The notes beneath the pieces are model-generated. The model was given only the letters and a program-made list of their open reading frames with translations, ran no database searches and was not told the origin of the DNA. DNA of 64,000 nucleotides from an uncultured delta proteobacterium (GTDB taxonomy: Bacteria > Myxococcota_A > Polyangia > Haliangiales > Haliangiaceae). The DNA lies in assembly GCA_963848295.1 (NCBI GenBank), contig CAWKDB010000010.1, forward strand, positions 2,528,001 through 2,592,000, in the 5' to 3' direction. The number at the start of each line of letters is the position of its first letter. Position 1 is the stretch's first letter. Position numbers and translations under genes: made by a program. Below, one piece after another: positions 29,866-41,464 of this stretch.

Positions 29866-30294
29866 GTGAGGTGTGTGTTCGCGTATGTGCTCGCGATCGG
29901 CTGCGGCCATGGCGCAGCGGCGGTATCGAACCGCGCCACTCCAGCACCGCCAGAACCGTGCATCGATCATCGCTACGACATGCACGCGTGGATGAGCTTG
30001 TACGCCTCGGATGATCCACACGACCCTGACACCCCATACGAGGCGGCTGACTCCGCGTGGCACGCCGCCGAGCCGCGGTTCGTCCCGTGCTACCGCGGCT
30101 ACACGCCAGCTGATACGAAGAAACCGCTCCGCATCGGCGTGGAGTTCAAGATCAGCGAGGCCGGGGTCGCTCATGCGATCCAGACGTGGGGTCCCGACGC
30201 GACGGTCGATCGCTGCGTATGCGAGACGATCAAGCGAATCGCCTTCCCACGCGTCCACCCTCCGCTCGCCGCCACGCTCGCGGTTGGCCCGTAG
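29866..30294 (+). CDS. Hypothetical lipoprotein with an AgmX/PglI-like C-terminal domain
   Basis: 'FVPCY...VEFKISEAG...VDRCVCETIKRIAFP'; start uncertain. Confidence 0.55.
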   Translation: MRCVFAYVLAIGCGHGAAAVSNRATPAPPEPCIDHRYDMHAWMSLYASDDPHDPDTPYEAADSAWHAAEPRFVPCYRGYTPADTKKPLRIGVEFKISEAGVAHAIQTWGPDATVDRCVCETIKRIAFPRVHPPLAATLAVGP

Positions 30295-30618
30295 CTACGT
30301 CGGACCTTGCTTGCGCACGAGGATGATCGAGTGTTGCACCGTGATCCGCAGGTGATCGAGCCCGGCGATCGCGCACGCGGCGTCTTGCCAGGCGACATGA
30401 CGCAGCGACAGCGTGACGGTGCCGACGACCTCATCCGAGACGACGAGGTTTACACTCGCGGTCTTCGCGAGCAGCCGGAACACGTCGTGGAGGTCGGCCT
30501 CCTTGACGTCGAGATCGAGCGTGGCGCCGTGGTGAATGCCGCCCGCGCAGAGATCGCGATCGGCGTACGCGGAGTGGGTCGCCGCGACGAGTAACGCGAG
30601 CGCCATCGCTTTCGACAT
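30295..30618 (-). CDS. Stand-alone secretin N-terminal (STN/N0-like) domain protein
   Basis: 'LDLDVKEADLHDVFRLLA...NLVVSDEVVGTVTLSLRHVAWQDA' resembles the PilQ N-domain. Confidence 0.75.
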   Translation of the reverse strand: MSKAMALALLVAATHSAYADRDLCAGGIHHGATLDLDVKEADLHDVFRLLAKTASVNLVVSDEVVGTVTLSLRHVAWQDAACAIAGLDHLRITVQHSIILVRKQGPT

Positions 30619-31139
30619 CAGAACTCCATGTCGAGAAAGTCCACGATGCCTTCGATGATATCGGGCTGCGGCTCGGAGCCCTCCGCGCCACCTTCGATGA
30701 CGCGAACCTCGTCGCCGCGGCGGAGCACGATCGCCCAGCCGTAAGCGATCTTGCCGTCGGGCGGTGGCCGGGCGAACGATCGCCGCCCGCCAGGCGCGAG
30801 CTGCCACAGCGGTTCTGCCCACGAGCGAAGCTCGTCGCGCTGGTCGTTCGACAGCGCGAGCGTTTCGGTCTTCACGTCGGTCCGCGGTCCACTGCGGTCG
30901 GACCACGAGGCCTTCGCGGCGCGATAGTCGCGCGAGACGGTCACCACGTGCACCCGCATGTCACCGGTGCCGCGATCCATGAGCTCGAGCGCGCCATCGT
31001 CGATCGCGACTTCGCCAAACGGCGAGACGCTGATCGTGAACGGCTTCGCAACCGGCGACCCGCTGCGGTTCGTGGGCGTGTTCGCCGCGGGGGTCGAACA
31101 AGCCATCACCGCGCCGAGCACCACCGTCGCATGCGTCAT
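30618..31139 (-). CDS. Hypothetical lipoprotein
   Basis: Lipobox-like 'VMAC'; coupled to the STN gene. Confidence 0.65.
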   Translation of the reverse strand: MTHATVVLGAVMACSTPAANTPTNRSGSPVAKPFTISVSPFGEVAIDDGALELMDRGTGDMRVHVVTVSRDYRAAKASWSDRSGPRTDVKTETLALSNDQRDELRSWAEPLWQLAPGGRRSFARPPPDGKIAYGWAIVLRRGDEVRVIEGGAEGSEPQPDIIEGIVDFLDMEF

Positions 31140-31215
31140 CCGGAGCGGCATTCGCCGATCATGCTACAGCCTGCGACCCGTTGAATCATTTCGGGGTGAC
31201 GTGCGTATAGTTCGT

Positions 31216-31653
31216 ATGAGACCGGATCTCGGTGCCGCGGGATTTCCACTCGACCCGGAGTGGTACTGGCGGATCGCGGAGAGTGCGAGCTCGCTGAACG
31301 CCGCGGCAGCCGCGCGCGACTTCATCACACCGCTCGCACGCATCGCCGCCGGTCGGTTCGCGATCACCACGGTCGCGATCGACGACGACATCCGCGGGTT
31401 GCGGCTGCGAGTCGACGACCTACTCGTCGAGATCCGGATCGCGCGCGACACCTCCGATCGGATCGCGATCAATCGCCTGGTCGGCGATCTGAATGCCGCG
31501 TTCGCCGCGTTGAAGCTCGGGCGGTCGTTCGCGATCGTCGCGCCGCGCAGGTTCGAGCTTCGAGGCGTGTTGCTCACCGATGACGAGCTCGCGGCGTTAC
31601 TCGGCGATCCGATCGTCGTGATCCCGTCCGCGCGACCGTCCTGGCGGCACTAG
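31216..31653 (+). CDS. Hypothetical protein
   Basis: Protein-like ORF from ATG 31216. Confidence 0.6.
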   Translation: MRPDLGAAGFPLDPEWYWRIAESASSLNAAAAARDFITPLARIAAGRFAITTVAIDDDIRGLRLRVDDLLVEIRIARDTSDRIAINRLVGDLNAAFAALKLGRSFAIVAPRRFELRGVLLTDDELAALLGDPIVVIPSARPSWRH

Positions 31654-31703
31654 CTCGACGCACCTCGACCATACGCCGCGTTCTTGCTCGACTGGCGAAC
31701 AGG

Positions 31704-31794
31704 TGTCCCGGGACGCTGCGAGCCGTCCCGGAACGCCGCGGGCCGGCCGGAAGTCGCGGACATCACGCGCCCTTTGATCGGCACGAGAGGTGCT
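31704..31794 (+). promoter_or_regulatory. Palindromic UAS plus sigma54 promoter
   Basis: TGTCCCGGGACG (31704-31715) and CGGCACGAGAGGTGCT (31779-31794). Confidence 0.65.
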
Positions 31795-31808
31795 GTAGCG
31801 ACGGTCCG

Positions 31809-33374
31809 ATGACGACTTCGCTAACAGCGATCGCGGTCGCGCTCGTGCTCGGCGCCACCCCAACCGTTCACGCCCAGTCGGCTCCGGTCACCGTGGCAGA
31901 ACAGCTGTTCCGCGACGGCAAGCAGCTGATGAAAGAGGGCCGGTTCGCCGAGGCGTGCGCGAAGTTCGAGGGCAGCGATCATCTCCAGAGCAGCATCGGC
32001 GCGCAGCTCAACCTCGGCGATTGCCGGGCGAAGCTCGGACAGGTCGCCACGGCGCGCGCGGTGTTCCTCGAGGCGGCGGCATCGTCGCGAGCGGCGGGCG
32101 ACTCCGAGCGCGAGGCCGAAGCCAACCGGCAAGCCTCGCTGCTCGAAGCGAAGCTGTCTTATCTGACGGTCGACGCGGCAGCCGAGACCCGCGCGTTGCC
32201 CGGACTCGCGATCGATCTCGACGGTCGCGTGCTGCCGATGACCGCGCTCGACGTGTCGATGCCGATCGATCCCGGCGAGCACACGATCACCGCGGCGGCT
32301 GCGAAGCGCACGCAGTGGCAGGGCAAGATCGTGATCGGCGCCGGCGAGCGCACCGCCGAGATCGCGATTCCGGCGCTCGTCGCGGTCGCACCGCCGCGAC
32401 CGCCCGCCAATCCCGGCGACGCGGAGCTGATCGCGCAAGCGATCGCCGCGCACCAAGCGGACGTGGCCGAACACGGAGATGCTCCGGCCGTCGCTGCGGC
32501 TCCGGACGTGGCGGTCTACGGCGGTGCTCCGGCGGTCGCTGCTCCAGCCGCCACTGCGGCTCCCGCGATCGTGGCGGCTCCGCTCGTCGCGGTAGCTGCT
32601 CCAGACGTTGCAACCGCTCGAGAGTCTCCCGCGGTCGATCCGCGCTGGAGCTCCGAGATCGGTAATCGCCCGCTCGTCACGCCACACGGCAAGATCGAGA
32701 TCCACAACGGGCTGCCGATCTTCGCGGAACCGACCTACGACGGCGCCGCGTTCGAAGGCTACGTCACGAACGAGGCGATCGGCGTCGGTGCTAGCTACGG
32801 TCTCGTCGATCGCCTCGAGATCGGCCTCGACACGATGCAAGTGCTCGGTACGGGCGGCAATAGCGCGGTGTCGTTTCACGCCGCGTATGATGCGGTCGAG
32901 ACCGATGCGCTCGATCTCGTCGCGGACGCGAACCTCGCGTTCATGACGGTTCCAGGCTCCACCGATGCCAACCTCGAGCTCGGGATCGGGCTCCGCTACA
33001 GGATCGACGACATGTTCTCGCTGTTCACCGGTCGCAACGGCGCGCCGACGATGCCGCTGCCGGTCGACTTCTTCAACCACTACCAAGCCAACATCGGGCT
33101 CGATAACGGTCAGGCGATCGTCATTCGCGTCCCGGTTGGATTCGCCGTGCAGGCGACGCCGAATATCTACGCGTCGGTGTCGACGACGCTCGCGGCGTTT
33201 ACGGTGAGCGATCCGATGGCGTCGGCGTTCATCGGCGTCGATGCGATTCCGGTCTCGGTCGGCGCGTACTTCTCGACTCGCATGTTCGATGCCGGGTTGC
33301 AGTTCACCGACGATCTCGAGAACGCGAACAACGGCTACGTCGCATCGCTCGCGTTCCGTTACTACGTCCACTGA
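31809..33374 (+). CDS. Exported TPR + PEGA-like protein with an Ala/Pro linker and a beta-barrel-like C-terminus
   Basis: 'AEQLFRDGKQLM...ACAKFEGS...LNLGDC', 'IDPGEHTITA'; ends 'LAFRYYVH'. Confidence 0.75.
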   Translation: MTTSLTAIAVALVLGATPTVHAQSAPVTVAEQLFRDGKQLMKEGRFAEACAKFEGSDHLQSSIGAQLNLGDCRAKLGQVATARAVFLEAAASSRAAGDSEREAEANRQASLLEAKLSYLTVDAAAETRALPGLAIDLDGRVLPMTALDVSMPIDPGEHTITAAAAKRTQWQGKIVIGAGERTAEIAIPALVAVAPPRPPANPGDAELIAQAIAAHQADVAEHGDAPAVAAAPDVAVYGGAPAVAAPAATAAPAIVAAPLVAVAAPDVATARESPAVDPRWSSEIGNRPLVTPHGKIEIHNGLPIFAEPTYDGAAFEGYVTNEAIGVGASYGLVDRLEIGLDTMQVLGTGGNSAVSFHAAYDAVETDALDLVADANLAFMTVPGSTDANLELGIGLRYRIDDMFSLFTGRNGAPTMPLPVDFFNHYQANIGLDNGQAIVIRVPVGFAVQATPNIYASVSTTLAAFTVSDPMASAFIGVDAIPVSVGAYFSTRMFDAGLQFTDDLENANNGYVASLAFRYYVH

Positions 33375-33382
33375 GCTCAACC

Positions 33383-34935
<1,553 letters not shown>

Positions 34936-34939
<4 letters not shown>

Positions 34940-35142
34940 CCCGGGTAGCGGCAGGGCGCGGTGTGGACCGTGCCAGTCGGGCGAACGCAACGGACCGCGG
35001 CGGCCGCGGCGATCGTCGGGCGCACGATCAAGATCGTGTGCGTGTTGACTCCGGCGCCGCCCGCGCCGTCGAGTTGTTCGCCGTCGAGCACGCGCACGGT
35101 CGAGGTGGAGAGCGACAGCTTCTTGTGGCTGAGTTTCTTCAT
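34936..35142 (-). CDS. 68-aa RiPP-precursor-like peptide
   Basis: Leader 'MKKLSHKKLSLSTSTVRVLDGEQLDGAGG', core with Thr and 2 Cys. Confidence 0.65.
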
Positions 35143-35194
35143 ATCCGGCAGAGCCACGAGCCCGCAGCTTCGGCTCACTCGAACCGCATCGAGA

Positions 35195-35284
35195 TGTCTC
35201 GGGACAGTCCGGGACACGATCGAACCGGCCGAGTCGCGTCGCTAGGTGGTCGTGACGCGGTTCGCGCGAGGCACGGCAGTTGCT
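35195..35284 (+). promoter_or_regulatory. Palindromic UAS plus sigma54 promoter
   Basis: TGTCTCGGGACA (35195-35206) and AGGCACGGCAGTTGCT (35269-35284). Confidence 0.7.
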
Positions 35285-35297
35285 GTCGTGACGATCC

Positions 35298-35819
35298 ATG
35301 CAAACGACATCTGTTCGCACCCCCGCTGCCCTCCTTGCCATCGCGCTGTGCGGAACGGCGTGTGGTCCCTCCGTCGTCCCATACGTTCGCGCCGGCGCTC
35401 CGGCACCGGTTCACTTCACCGACAATGACGATGGTGGCGCCTACTCGGTCACCGTCGTCGACGCGAATGGTGCGACGATGCCGGCGTGCAAGCTGCCGTG
35501 CGACCAGCAGGTCGCGACCGGCACCGCCACGGTCATCTTCTCGAGCCCGGAGGATCGCGCCGTGTCCGGACGCGCGGTGATTCCAGCCGGGCAGAGCAAG
35601 GTGTCGTTTCACAAGAAGCGGAAGGGCATGGTCATCGCCGGTGCCATCGTCGCTGCCTCGGGTGAGCTGCTCGCGATTCCGATGGAGGTCGAGGCGGAGG
35701 GCGGCGGTGACGTCGATGCGGGCAGCCTCGGGCTCGGCGTCGTCGGCCTCGGCGCTCTGATCGTCGGCACCGTGCTGATGATGGCGTCGGGCCACGACGG
35801 CGTCGATGTCGACCAGTGA
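35298..35819 (+). CDS. Lipoprotein with C-terminal TM segments
   Basis: Lipobox-like 'TAC'; 'CKLPC'; hydrophobic C-terminus. Confidence 0.7.
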   Translation: MQTTSVRTPAALLAIALCGTACGPSVVPYVRAGAPAPVHFTDNDDGGAYSVTVVDANGATMPACKLPCDQQVATGTATVIFSSPEDRAVSGRAVIPAGQSKVSFHKKRKGMVIAGAIVAASGELLAIPMEVEAEGGGDVDAGSLGLGVVGLGALIVGTVLMMASGHDGVDVDQ

Positions 35820-35849
35820 AGAAAACAACCGCGCTCGCGACGCCGTGAT

Positions 35850-37202
35850 CTAGCGGCGCAGGCCCAGTCGCTTCATCCAGCGCCGGATCTGCGTGCGATC
35901 CTTGCCGAGCTCGCGTGCGACGGTCGCGAGGTTGCCGCCGTGGCGCTCGATCGACGCCGCGAGCTGGTCGCGGAGGGCACGGTCGGCTGGGGTCAGCGCG
36001 GCTTCGTCGACGACGGGCTCGACCGCGAATACCGAGTGCATCGCGGCGGGTAGGTCGGCCAGCTCGACCCGATCGCGCGGCAGCGCAGTCGCCGAGCCGA
36101 GCGCGCGCTCGAGCTCGCGGATGTTGAGCGGCCATTCGTACGCGTAGAGCGCGGCGAGCGCATCGATCGAGAACGCGACGCGACGCGAGCGCGGCACTCG
36201 ACCGAGCAACGCGGCGACGAGCAGCGACAGGTCTTCGCGCCGGTCGCGCAGCGGCGGCATCTTGAATTGAAACCCGAGCAAGCGCGCGCGCACGTCGGCG
36301 CGGAACCGCCCGGCCGCGACGGCGGCATCGAGGTCCTGATGCGTCGCGGTCACGATGCGTACATCGACGCGGATCGGCCGATCACCGCCGACCGGCGTGA
36401 CCTCGCCTTCTTGCAGCACCCGGAGTAACGCCGCTTGTGATACCGGAGGGAGCTCGGCGATCTCGTCGAGGAACAGCGTGCCGCGATCGGCGGATCGGAT
36501 CAGCCCGGGCCGATCCTCGGTTGCGCCGGTGAACGCACCCTTGCGATGGCCGAACAGCTCGGCTTCGAGCAGCGTGCCCGGGATGCCGCCGCAATTGACC
36601 GCGACGAACGCGCCCGGGCGCTCCGACAATGCGTGCACGCTGCGCGCGATCAGCTCCTTGCCCGTGCCGGTCTCTCCGGTGACCTCGATCGCGACCTGCG
36701 CCTTCGCCGCGAGCGACAGGTCCGCGAAGCTCGTCGCGAGCGCAGGCGAGACCGTTTGCAGACCGGGCAACGTCGCGGCGAGTGACGTCGTGAGGTTCGG
36801 CGCTTCGCCGCCGGCCGAGCGATAGATCAGCGCGGTGTGGCCGACGATGATCACGTCGCCGTCGTCGAGCTCTTGGCTCTTGATCCGCCGCCCGCCCGAC
36901 CACGAGCCATTCTTCGAGCTCAGATCCTGGAACGTCCACGTCGACCCGCTGCACGTCAGCCGCGCATGCCCTTGCGACAGTCGCGCGTCGGCGAGCGCGA
37001 CCACCGCGACTTCGGCATCCTCGACCCGATCATAGGTGATGCGGCGCGCGTCGGCTCGCCGGATGTCGACCCGGTCGAGCCCGGTCAAGCTGATCCGCAC
37101 CGGCGGCGTCTCCGGAGCATCTGCGTTCAGCCCCACGTAGAGCGCCGGTTGCTCGCGCCGGGTGCGCGGGCTCGCGATGACCGCGCTGAGGGTGTCCGAC
37201 AT
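35850..37202 (-). CDS. FHA-domain sigma54 enhancer-binding protein
   Basis: FHA 'LSQGHA...DLSSKNG', Walker A 'GETGTGKE', 'GAFTGA', 'FLDEI', C-terminal HTH. Confidence 0.95.
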   Translation of the reverse strand: MSDTLSAVIASPRTRREQPALYVGLNADAPETPPVRISLTGLDRVDIRRADARRITYDRVEDAEVAVVALADARLSQGHARLTCSGSTWTFQDLSSKNGSWSGGRRIKSQELDDGDVIIVGHTALIYRSAGGEAPNLTTSLAATLPGLQTVSPALATSFADLSLAAKAQVAIEVTGETGTGKELIARSVHALSERPGAFVAVNCGGIPGTLLEAELFGHRKGAFTGATEDRPGLIRSADRGTLFLDEIAELPPVSQAALLRVLQEGEVTPVGGDRPIRVDVRIVTATHQDLDAAVAAGRFRADVRARLLGFQFKMPPLRDRREDLSLLVAALLGRVPRSRRVAFSIDALAALYAYEWPLNIRELERALGSATALPRDRVELADLPAAMHSVFAVEPVVDEAALTPADRALRDQLAASIERHGGNLATVARELGKDRTQIRRWMKRLGLRR

Positions 37203-37220
37203 TGGCGTCAGCTTAATCGA

Positions 37221-37288
37221 TGTCCCGAGACACCGCGTGACCCGCTGCACGCAACCGATGACGAGCAACGCGTGGCACGAGCATTGCC
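37221..37288 (+). promoter_or_regulatory. Palindromic UAS plus sigma54 promoter
   Basis: TGTCCCGAGACA (37221-37232) and TGGCACGAGCATTGCC (37273-37288). Confidence 0.7.
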
Positions 37289-37300
37289 TCAGCCGACTAG

Positions 37301-37837
37301 ATGTCCGAAGGCCACGAACCGCCTCACCGGGCGAGCATTCGTGCGCTGCGCGCGGCGCTGGAGCGGTCATCATCGCTTGCGGCCCGGCTCGCGCTGTTGC
37401 CGACGCTCGTCGCGACCGCCGAGACGTTCGCCGCGAATCACGGCGAGCCGATCGCCGCGACCGCGTACATGTCGCCGGAACAAGCTCGCGGCGACGCGCT
37501 CGACGAACGCAGCGATGTCTATGCGCTCGGCGCCCTGCTCTATCACCTGCTCGTCGGCGAGCCACGGGATCGCAACGCGCGGCTCGACGAGGATCGTGCA
37601 CCGCCCGAGCTGGTCAGCATCGCGCACAAGGCCATGGCGCGCGGCCCGGCGTGGCGTTACGAGAATGCCGCCGAGCTCGTCGACGAGCTGCGCCGCTATC
37701 AGGATGGGCGCGATGTCGCCGCCCATGCGTACTCGCGGGTCGAGCTCGCGCGTCGGTGGTGGAGCCGGCATCGGTTGGTCGCGCTCTCGGTCGTGGGCGC
37801 GATCATCGCGATCGCGGTCGCCCTGGTCGCGTTCTGA
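37301..37837 (+). CDS. Truncated Ser/Thr kinase (C-lobe + TM only); pseudokinase or pseudogene
   Basis: 'YMSPEQARG...DVYALG'; no Gly loop, HRD or DFG. Confidence 0.65.
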   Translation: MSEGHEPPHRASIRALRAALERSSSLAARLALLPTLVATAETFAANHGEPIAATAYMSPEQARGDALDERSDVYALGALLYHLLVGEPRDRNARLDEDRAPPELVSIAHKAMARGPAWRYENAAELVDELRRYQDGRDVAAHAYSRVELARRWWSRHRLVALSVVGAIIAIAVALVAF

Positions 37838-37839
37838 GC

Positions 37840-37911
37840 TGTCCCGGGACACTCGATTCGCGCACCTGCTCGCAGCGGTTTCGCGGTGTTCGGCGCGGCA
37901 TGGCACGTGCT
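37840..37911 (+). promoter_or_regulatory. Perfect palindromic UAS plus sigma54-like promoter
   Basis: TGTCCCGGGACA (37840-37851) and CGGCATGGCACGTGCT (37896-37911). Confidence 0.6.
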
Positions 37912-37924
37912 CTTCGTCGCGACC

Positions 37925-38614
37925 ATGGAAGCCATCTCACCGCTCACTCGATCGTTCTTGCTCGTGTCTCTCGGTCTCGGCCTCGCGGCGTGCGGAGGTA
38001 TGAACCAGCAAGAGCCGCCCGACGGCGGTTCCAACCACAGCTGCGGTGCCGGAAGCAACGCGTGTGAGACCTGCGGCGACGAGAGCTGCTGTTCCGAGCT
38101 GCAAGCCTGCGCGGACAATGCGTCGTGCCAGGCGGACATCGACTGCGTGGCCGGCTGCGGTAGCGATACGGCGTGCATCAACACCTGCGCCGCCGACCAC
38201 TCCGCCGGCGTCGCAGATGCGAACGCGCTCGCGACTTGCGTCAACAGCTACTGCAGCGAAGCATGTGCCGCCGCGCCGGCCGATTTCAGCCCGGTCGGCA
38301 CGTGGAACCTCGACATGAGCTTCGCCGAGAGCAGCTGTGGCAACCCCGCCTCGTTCAACACCGAGAGCCTCACGATCTCGCAGGCGGCGAACGGCTACAA
38401 CGTGGTCTCCGGCAGCGCCTCGATCACCGGAACGACGTCGTGCACCGCCTCGGGATGCTTGGTCTCGCTCGTCCTCGACTTCACGGTCAATAGCACCGCG
38501 TATCAGCAGACGTTGAACCTCTCGCTCGGGTCGACCGGCTCTCTCTCCGGTTCCGGGATCGAGAGTTGGAGCACGTGCTCGCAACAGATGTCGATCACGG
38601 GCTCGAGGCTGTAG
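37925..38614 (+). CDS. Cys-rich lipoprotein
   Basis: Lipobox 'LAAC'; 'CETCGDESCCSELQAC'. Confidence 0.8.
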   Translation: MEAISPLTRSFLLVSLGLGLAACGGMNQQEPPDGGSNHSCGAGSNACETCGDESCCSELQACADNASCQADIDCVAGCGSDTACINTCAADHSAGVADANALATCVNSYCSEACAAAPADFSPVGTWNLDMSFAESSCGNPASFNTESLTISQAANGYNVVSGSASITGTTSCTASGCLVSLVLDFTVNSTAYQQTLNLSLGSTGSLSGSGIESWSTCSQQMSITGSRL

Positions 38615-41321
38615 CCGCCCGCGCGTTCTTCAGCCTCTTGTCGAGATCGGTCAGGTCTTGAGCGAAGTTATTGGTCAGCTTGCCGTCCTCGCCGAGCTTG
38701 CGGAGCGTCGCCAGCATCGTCGCCATCATCGCGAGGCCTTCGGCGCGCTTCGGCTGCTGAGCCGCGAGCGTCTCTCCAACTGAAAACTTCGTCGCTAGCG
38801 CGTTGATCTGGAGCCGTGCATTGGTCGGGTCGCCGCGCAGTAAGTCCTCGTCGATCGTGAGGCGCGCGCGATAACTCGCTTCCGACTTGATCCAGTCGCC
38901 GCTCAGCCGGAAGGCGTCCCCGAGGTAGTCGTCGATCGAGGCGACGCTCGACGCGTATTGCGTGTTCGTCGGCGCCACGCGACTCGCCGACTGCGCGAGC
39001 TCGAGAGCGCGCTGCAGCAGGGGAATCGCGGTCGCGGTGTCGTGGATCTCGAGCAGATAGCCAGCGCGATGGCAGAGCGCATCGGAGAGGTCGATCGCCC
39101 GCGACACGTTCGTCTTGTCGCGCGCTGCGATCGCCTCGGTCACCGCGATCGACTTCACCATCCTCTTGGCAGCCTCGCTGGAGTGACCCATCGCGGCTTC
39201 GAGCTCGGCGAAGCGCTGGTACCCGTTGGCCAAGCTGCGTGCCCACTCGGCGTTGTCGGGGTCGAGGCTGACCAGCGGTTCGGCCGCGGCAACGAGCTCA
39301 TCCGCGTCGACCTTGGCGTCCGCGAGCTTCTCCGCCGAGATCGCGAGCTCGAACAGCTTGTCCCAGCTGACCACGATGCCGTGGCGAACGTCGAGATCAC
39401 CCGGGTCATCGCGAGCGATGTCCTGACGTAACGCGAGCGCGCTGCGCGCCGCTTGGTCGGCGGCGGCCCAGTTGTCGCGCCCCGACTCCGCGTCGCTCTC
39501 GCGATCGTAGCACTTCGCGAGCTCGAGGCGCGCGGCGCGACGCTGCGCCGGATCGTCGATCACCGAGCGAGCCGCATCGAAGCAACGCGAGAGCTCGGCG
39601 ACCGCGTCGTCCAGCTTACCGCTCAAGAACGCGCCGGTGGACAACCGGCGGTGGACCATCGCGAGCAGGATCGCGACGCTCGCGTGATCGGGAATCGCTT
39701 CCAGCGCGGTGCGTGCGTGGCCGAGTAGCGCGTCGGCCTCGTCGACCTTGCCGGCCTCGAGCAGCGATGCCGCGTACTCGTTCTGCGCCCGCGCGAGTGC
39801 AACCGCAGCTTCGCGATCGTGTGCAGCGAGCGGCGTGGCGCGTGCGATCGCCTGCTCGTACGACCGGTTCGACGCCTCGGAATCGCCGCCGGAGTAGAAG
39901 ACATCGCCGAGCACCTGGAGCGCGGCGATTCGGCGCAGCTCTTCATCGCGGTCGAGTGTCTTGGCGCGCGTCGCGAGCGAGTTGTAATAGCCCTCGACGT
40001 GCTTCGCCACGCCTTGCATCACGTCGAGCCGACCGACGCGCTCGAGCTGAGGCTTGAGCTCGGTGAGCATGAACGAGACCAGGCCCTCCGCGCCGCCGCG
40101 CTCGGTGTCCGCCCGCGTCTGCTCGGTCTCGGCCCGCGTCCGCTCGGCTTCGGCGTCGCGCCGCGCCGCTTGCGCGGTATCGCGCTCGTCGACGATGCGC
40201 GCGACCGACACACCGGACAAGACGGCGATCGCGATCGTCGCGACCGCGATCACGGCGACGACAGCGCGGTGCTTCGCGATGAACCGCCATGCTCGCTGCA
40301 GGAACGTATAGCGCCGCGCGCCGACGAGCTGGCCGGTCTGAAACCGCCGGAGATCGCCCGCGAGCTCGCGGGCATCGCGATAGCGGTTGTCCGGGACCCG
40401 CGACATCGCCTTGCCGACGATCGCTGCGAGGTCGCGCGGCGTCTCGGGGACGAGGTCCGACAGCATCCGCGGTCGCTGGTCGATCACGCGATCGAGGATG
40501 ATGTCGGCGCTGTCGCCGTCGAACGGCGGGCGACCCGCGAGCACGGTGTACAGCATCGCGCCGATCGCATAGACGTCGGCGCGCTCGTCGACGCGATCGC
40601 CGCGCGCTTGCTCCGGAGGCATGTACGCCGGCGTGCCGACCACTGCGCCGTAGGCCGTCTCGCTGGTCGCGCCGCGGACGTGGGGCAGCGGCGTGTCATT
40701 CGCCGGGCTCGCGCGCAGGTCCTTCGCGAGCCCCCAATCGATCACGACGGTCTCGCCGAACTCGCCGACGAGCACGTTCGCCGGCTTGAGGTCGCGATGG
40801 ATCACGCCACGCGAGTGCGCGTAGGCCAACGCTTCGGCGACCGCGATCACGTGCGGCACGAGCGCGAGTCGGTCGGTCGTGCTGGTCGTGTCGCGCACGA
40901 CCGCATCGAGCGCGCGGCCGCTGACGAGCTCCATCGCGTAGAACGGCTCGCCGTCGCGCCACGTGCCCGCTTCGTGGATCGTCACGATCGACGGATGCTG
41001 CAGCGTCGCGGTGATCCGGACCTCGCGCGCGAACCGCGCCGCGAGCTCGGGCGACGGCTTGATCAACTCCTTGATCGCGACGTCGCGGCCGAGCCGACGG
41101 TCTCGCGCGCGCAACACGCGGCCCATCCCGCCCTGCGCGACGGTTCCGGCGATGACGTAGTCCCCCGGTGCGACCTCGCGGAGCGAGTCGTAGTCCGGTT
41201 GGTCCCCCGCCGGCCCGGCGAGCGTATCGTCGAAGCTCGCGCGATCGTCCGGCGCGGAGGGCTTGCCCGTCGCCGAGGGGTTGCCCGTCACGGTCGGCTC
41301 GTCCGTTCCACGCCGCTCCAC
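38595..41321 (-). CDS. Transmembrane Ser/Thr kinase with extracytoplasmic TPR repeats
   Basis: 'GGMGRV', 'VAIK', 'HRDLKPAN', 'DWG'; TM; TPRs; GTG start near 41321 inferred. Confidence 0.93.
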   Translation of the reverse strand: MERRGTDEPTVTGNPSATGKPSAPDDRASFDDTLAGPAGDQPDYDSLREVAPGDYVIAGTVAQGGMGRVLRARDRRLGRDVAIKELIKPSPELAARFAREVRITATLQHPSIVTIHEAGTWRDGEPFYAMELVSGRALDAVVRDTTSTTDRLALVPHVIAVAEALAYAHSRGVIHRDLKPANVLVGEFGETVVIDWGLAKDLRASPANDTPLPHVRGATSETAYGAVVGTPAYMPPEQARGDRVDERADVYAIGAMLYTVLAGRPPFDGDSADIILDRVIDQRPRMLSDLVPETPRDLAAIVGKAMSRVPDNRYRDARELAGDLRRFQTGQLVGARRYTFLQRAWRFIAKHRAVVAVIAVATIAIAVLSGVSVARIVDERDTAQAARRDAEAERTRAETEQTRADTERGGAEGLVSFMLTELKPQLERVGRLDVMQGVAKHVEGYYNSLATRAKTLDRDEELRRIAALQVLGDVFYSGGDSEASNRSYEQAIARATPLAAHDREAAVALARAQNEYAASLLEAGKVDEADALLGHARTALEAIPDHASVAILLAMVHRRLSTGAFLSGKLDDAVAELSRCFDAARSVIDDPAQRRAARLELAKCYDRESDAESGRDNWAAADQAARSALALRQDIARDDPGDLDVRHGIVVSWDKLFELAISAEKLADAKVDADELVAAAEPLVSLDPDNAEWARSLANGYQRFAELEAAMGHSSEAAKRMVKSIAVTEAIAARDKTNVSRAIDLSDALCHRAGYLLEIHDTATAIPLLQRALELAQSASRVAPTNTQYASSVASIDDYLGDAFRLSGDWIKSEASYRARLTIDEDLLRGDPTNARLQINALATKFSVGETLAAQQPKRAEGLAMMATMLATLRKLGEDGKLTNNFAQDLTDLDKRLKNARAATASSP

Positions 41322-41384
41322 GCCGGCGATGCAACCGCATGAACTGACCGAAGTCAATTCCGTGAGGTCCGGGGCAGCGAACGA

Positions 41385-41452
41385 TGTCCCGGGACGAGGC
41401 CGGTGCTCTCCGTTAGGACCGGAACCGCGATAGCGTTGGCACCCGGGTTGCT
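41385..41452 (+). promoter_or_regulatory. Palindromic UAS plus consensus sigma54 promoter
   Basis: TGTCCCGGGACG (41385-41396) and TGGCACCCGGGTTGCT (41437-41452). Confidence 0.8.
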
Positions 41453-41464
41453 GAGTAGCCGACC

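Noticed and set aside
35143..35190. sigma54 promoter for the precursor-like peptide
   Set aside because: The best candidate has GG-N11-GC spacing, not N10
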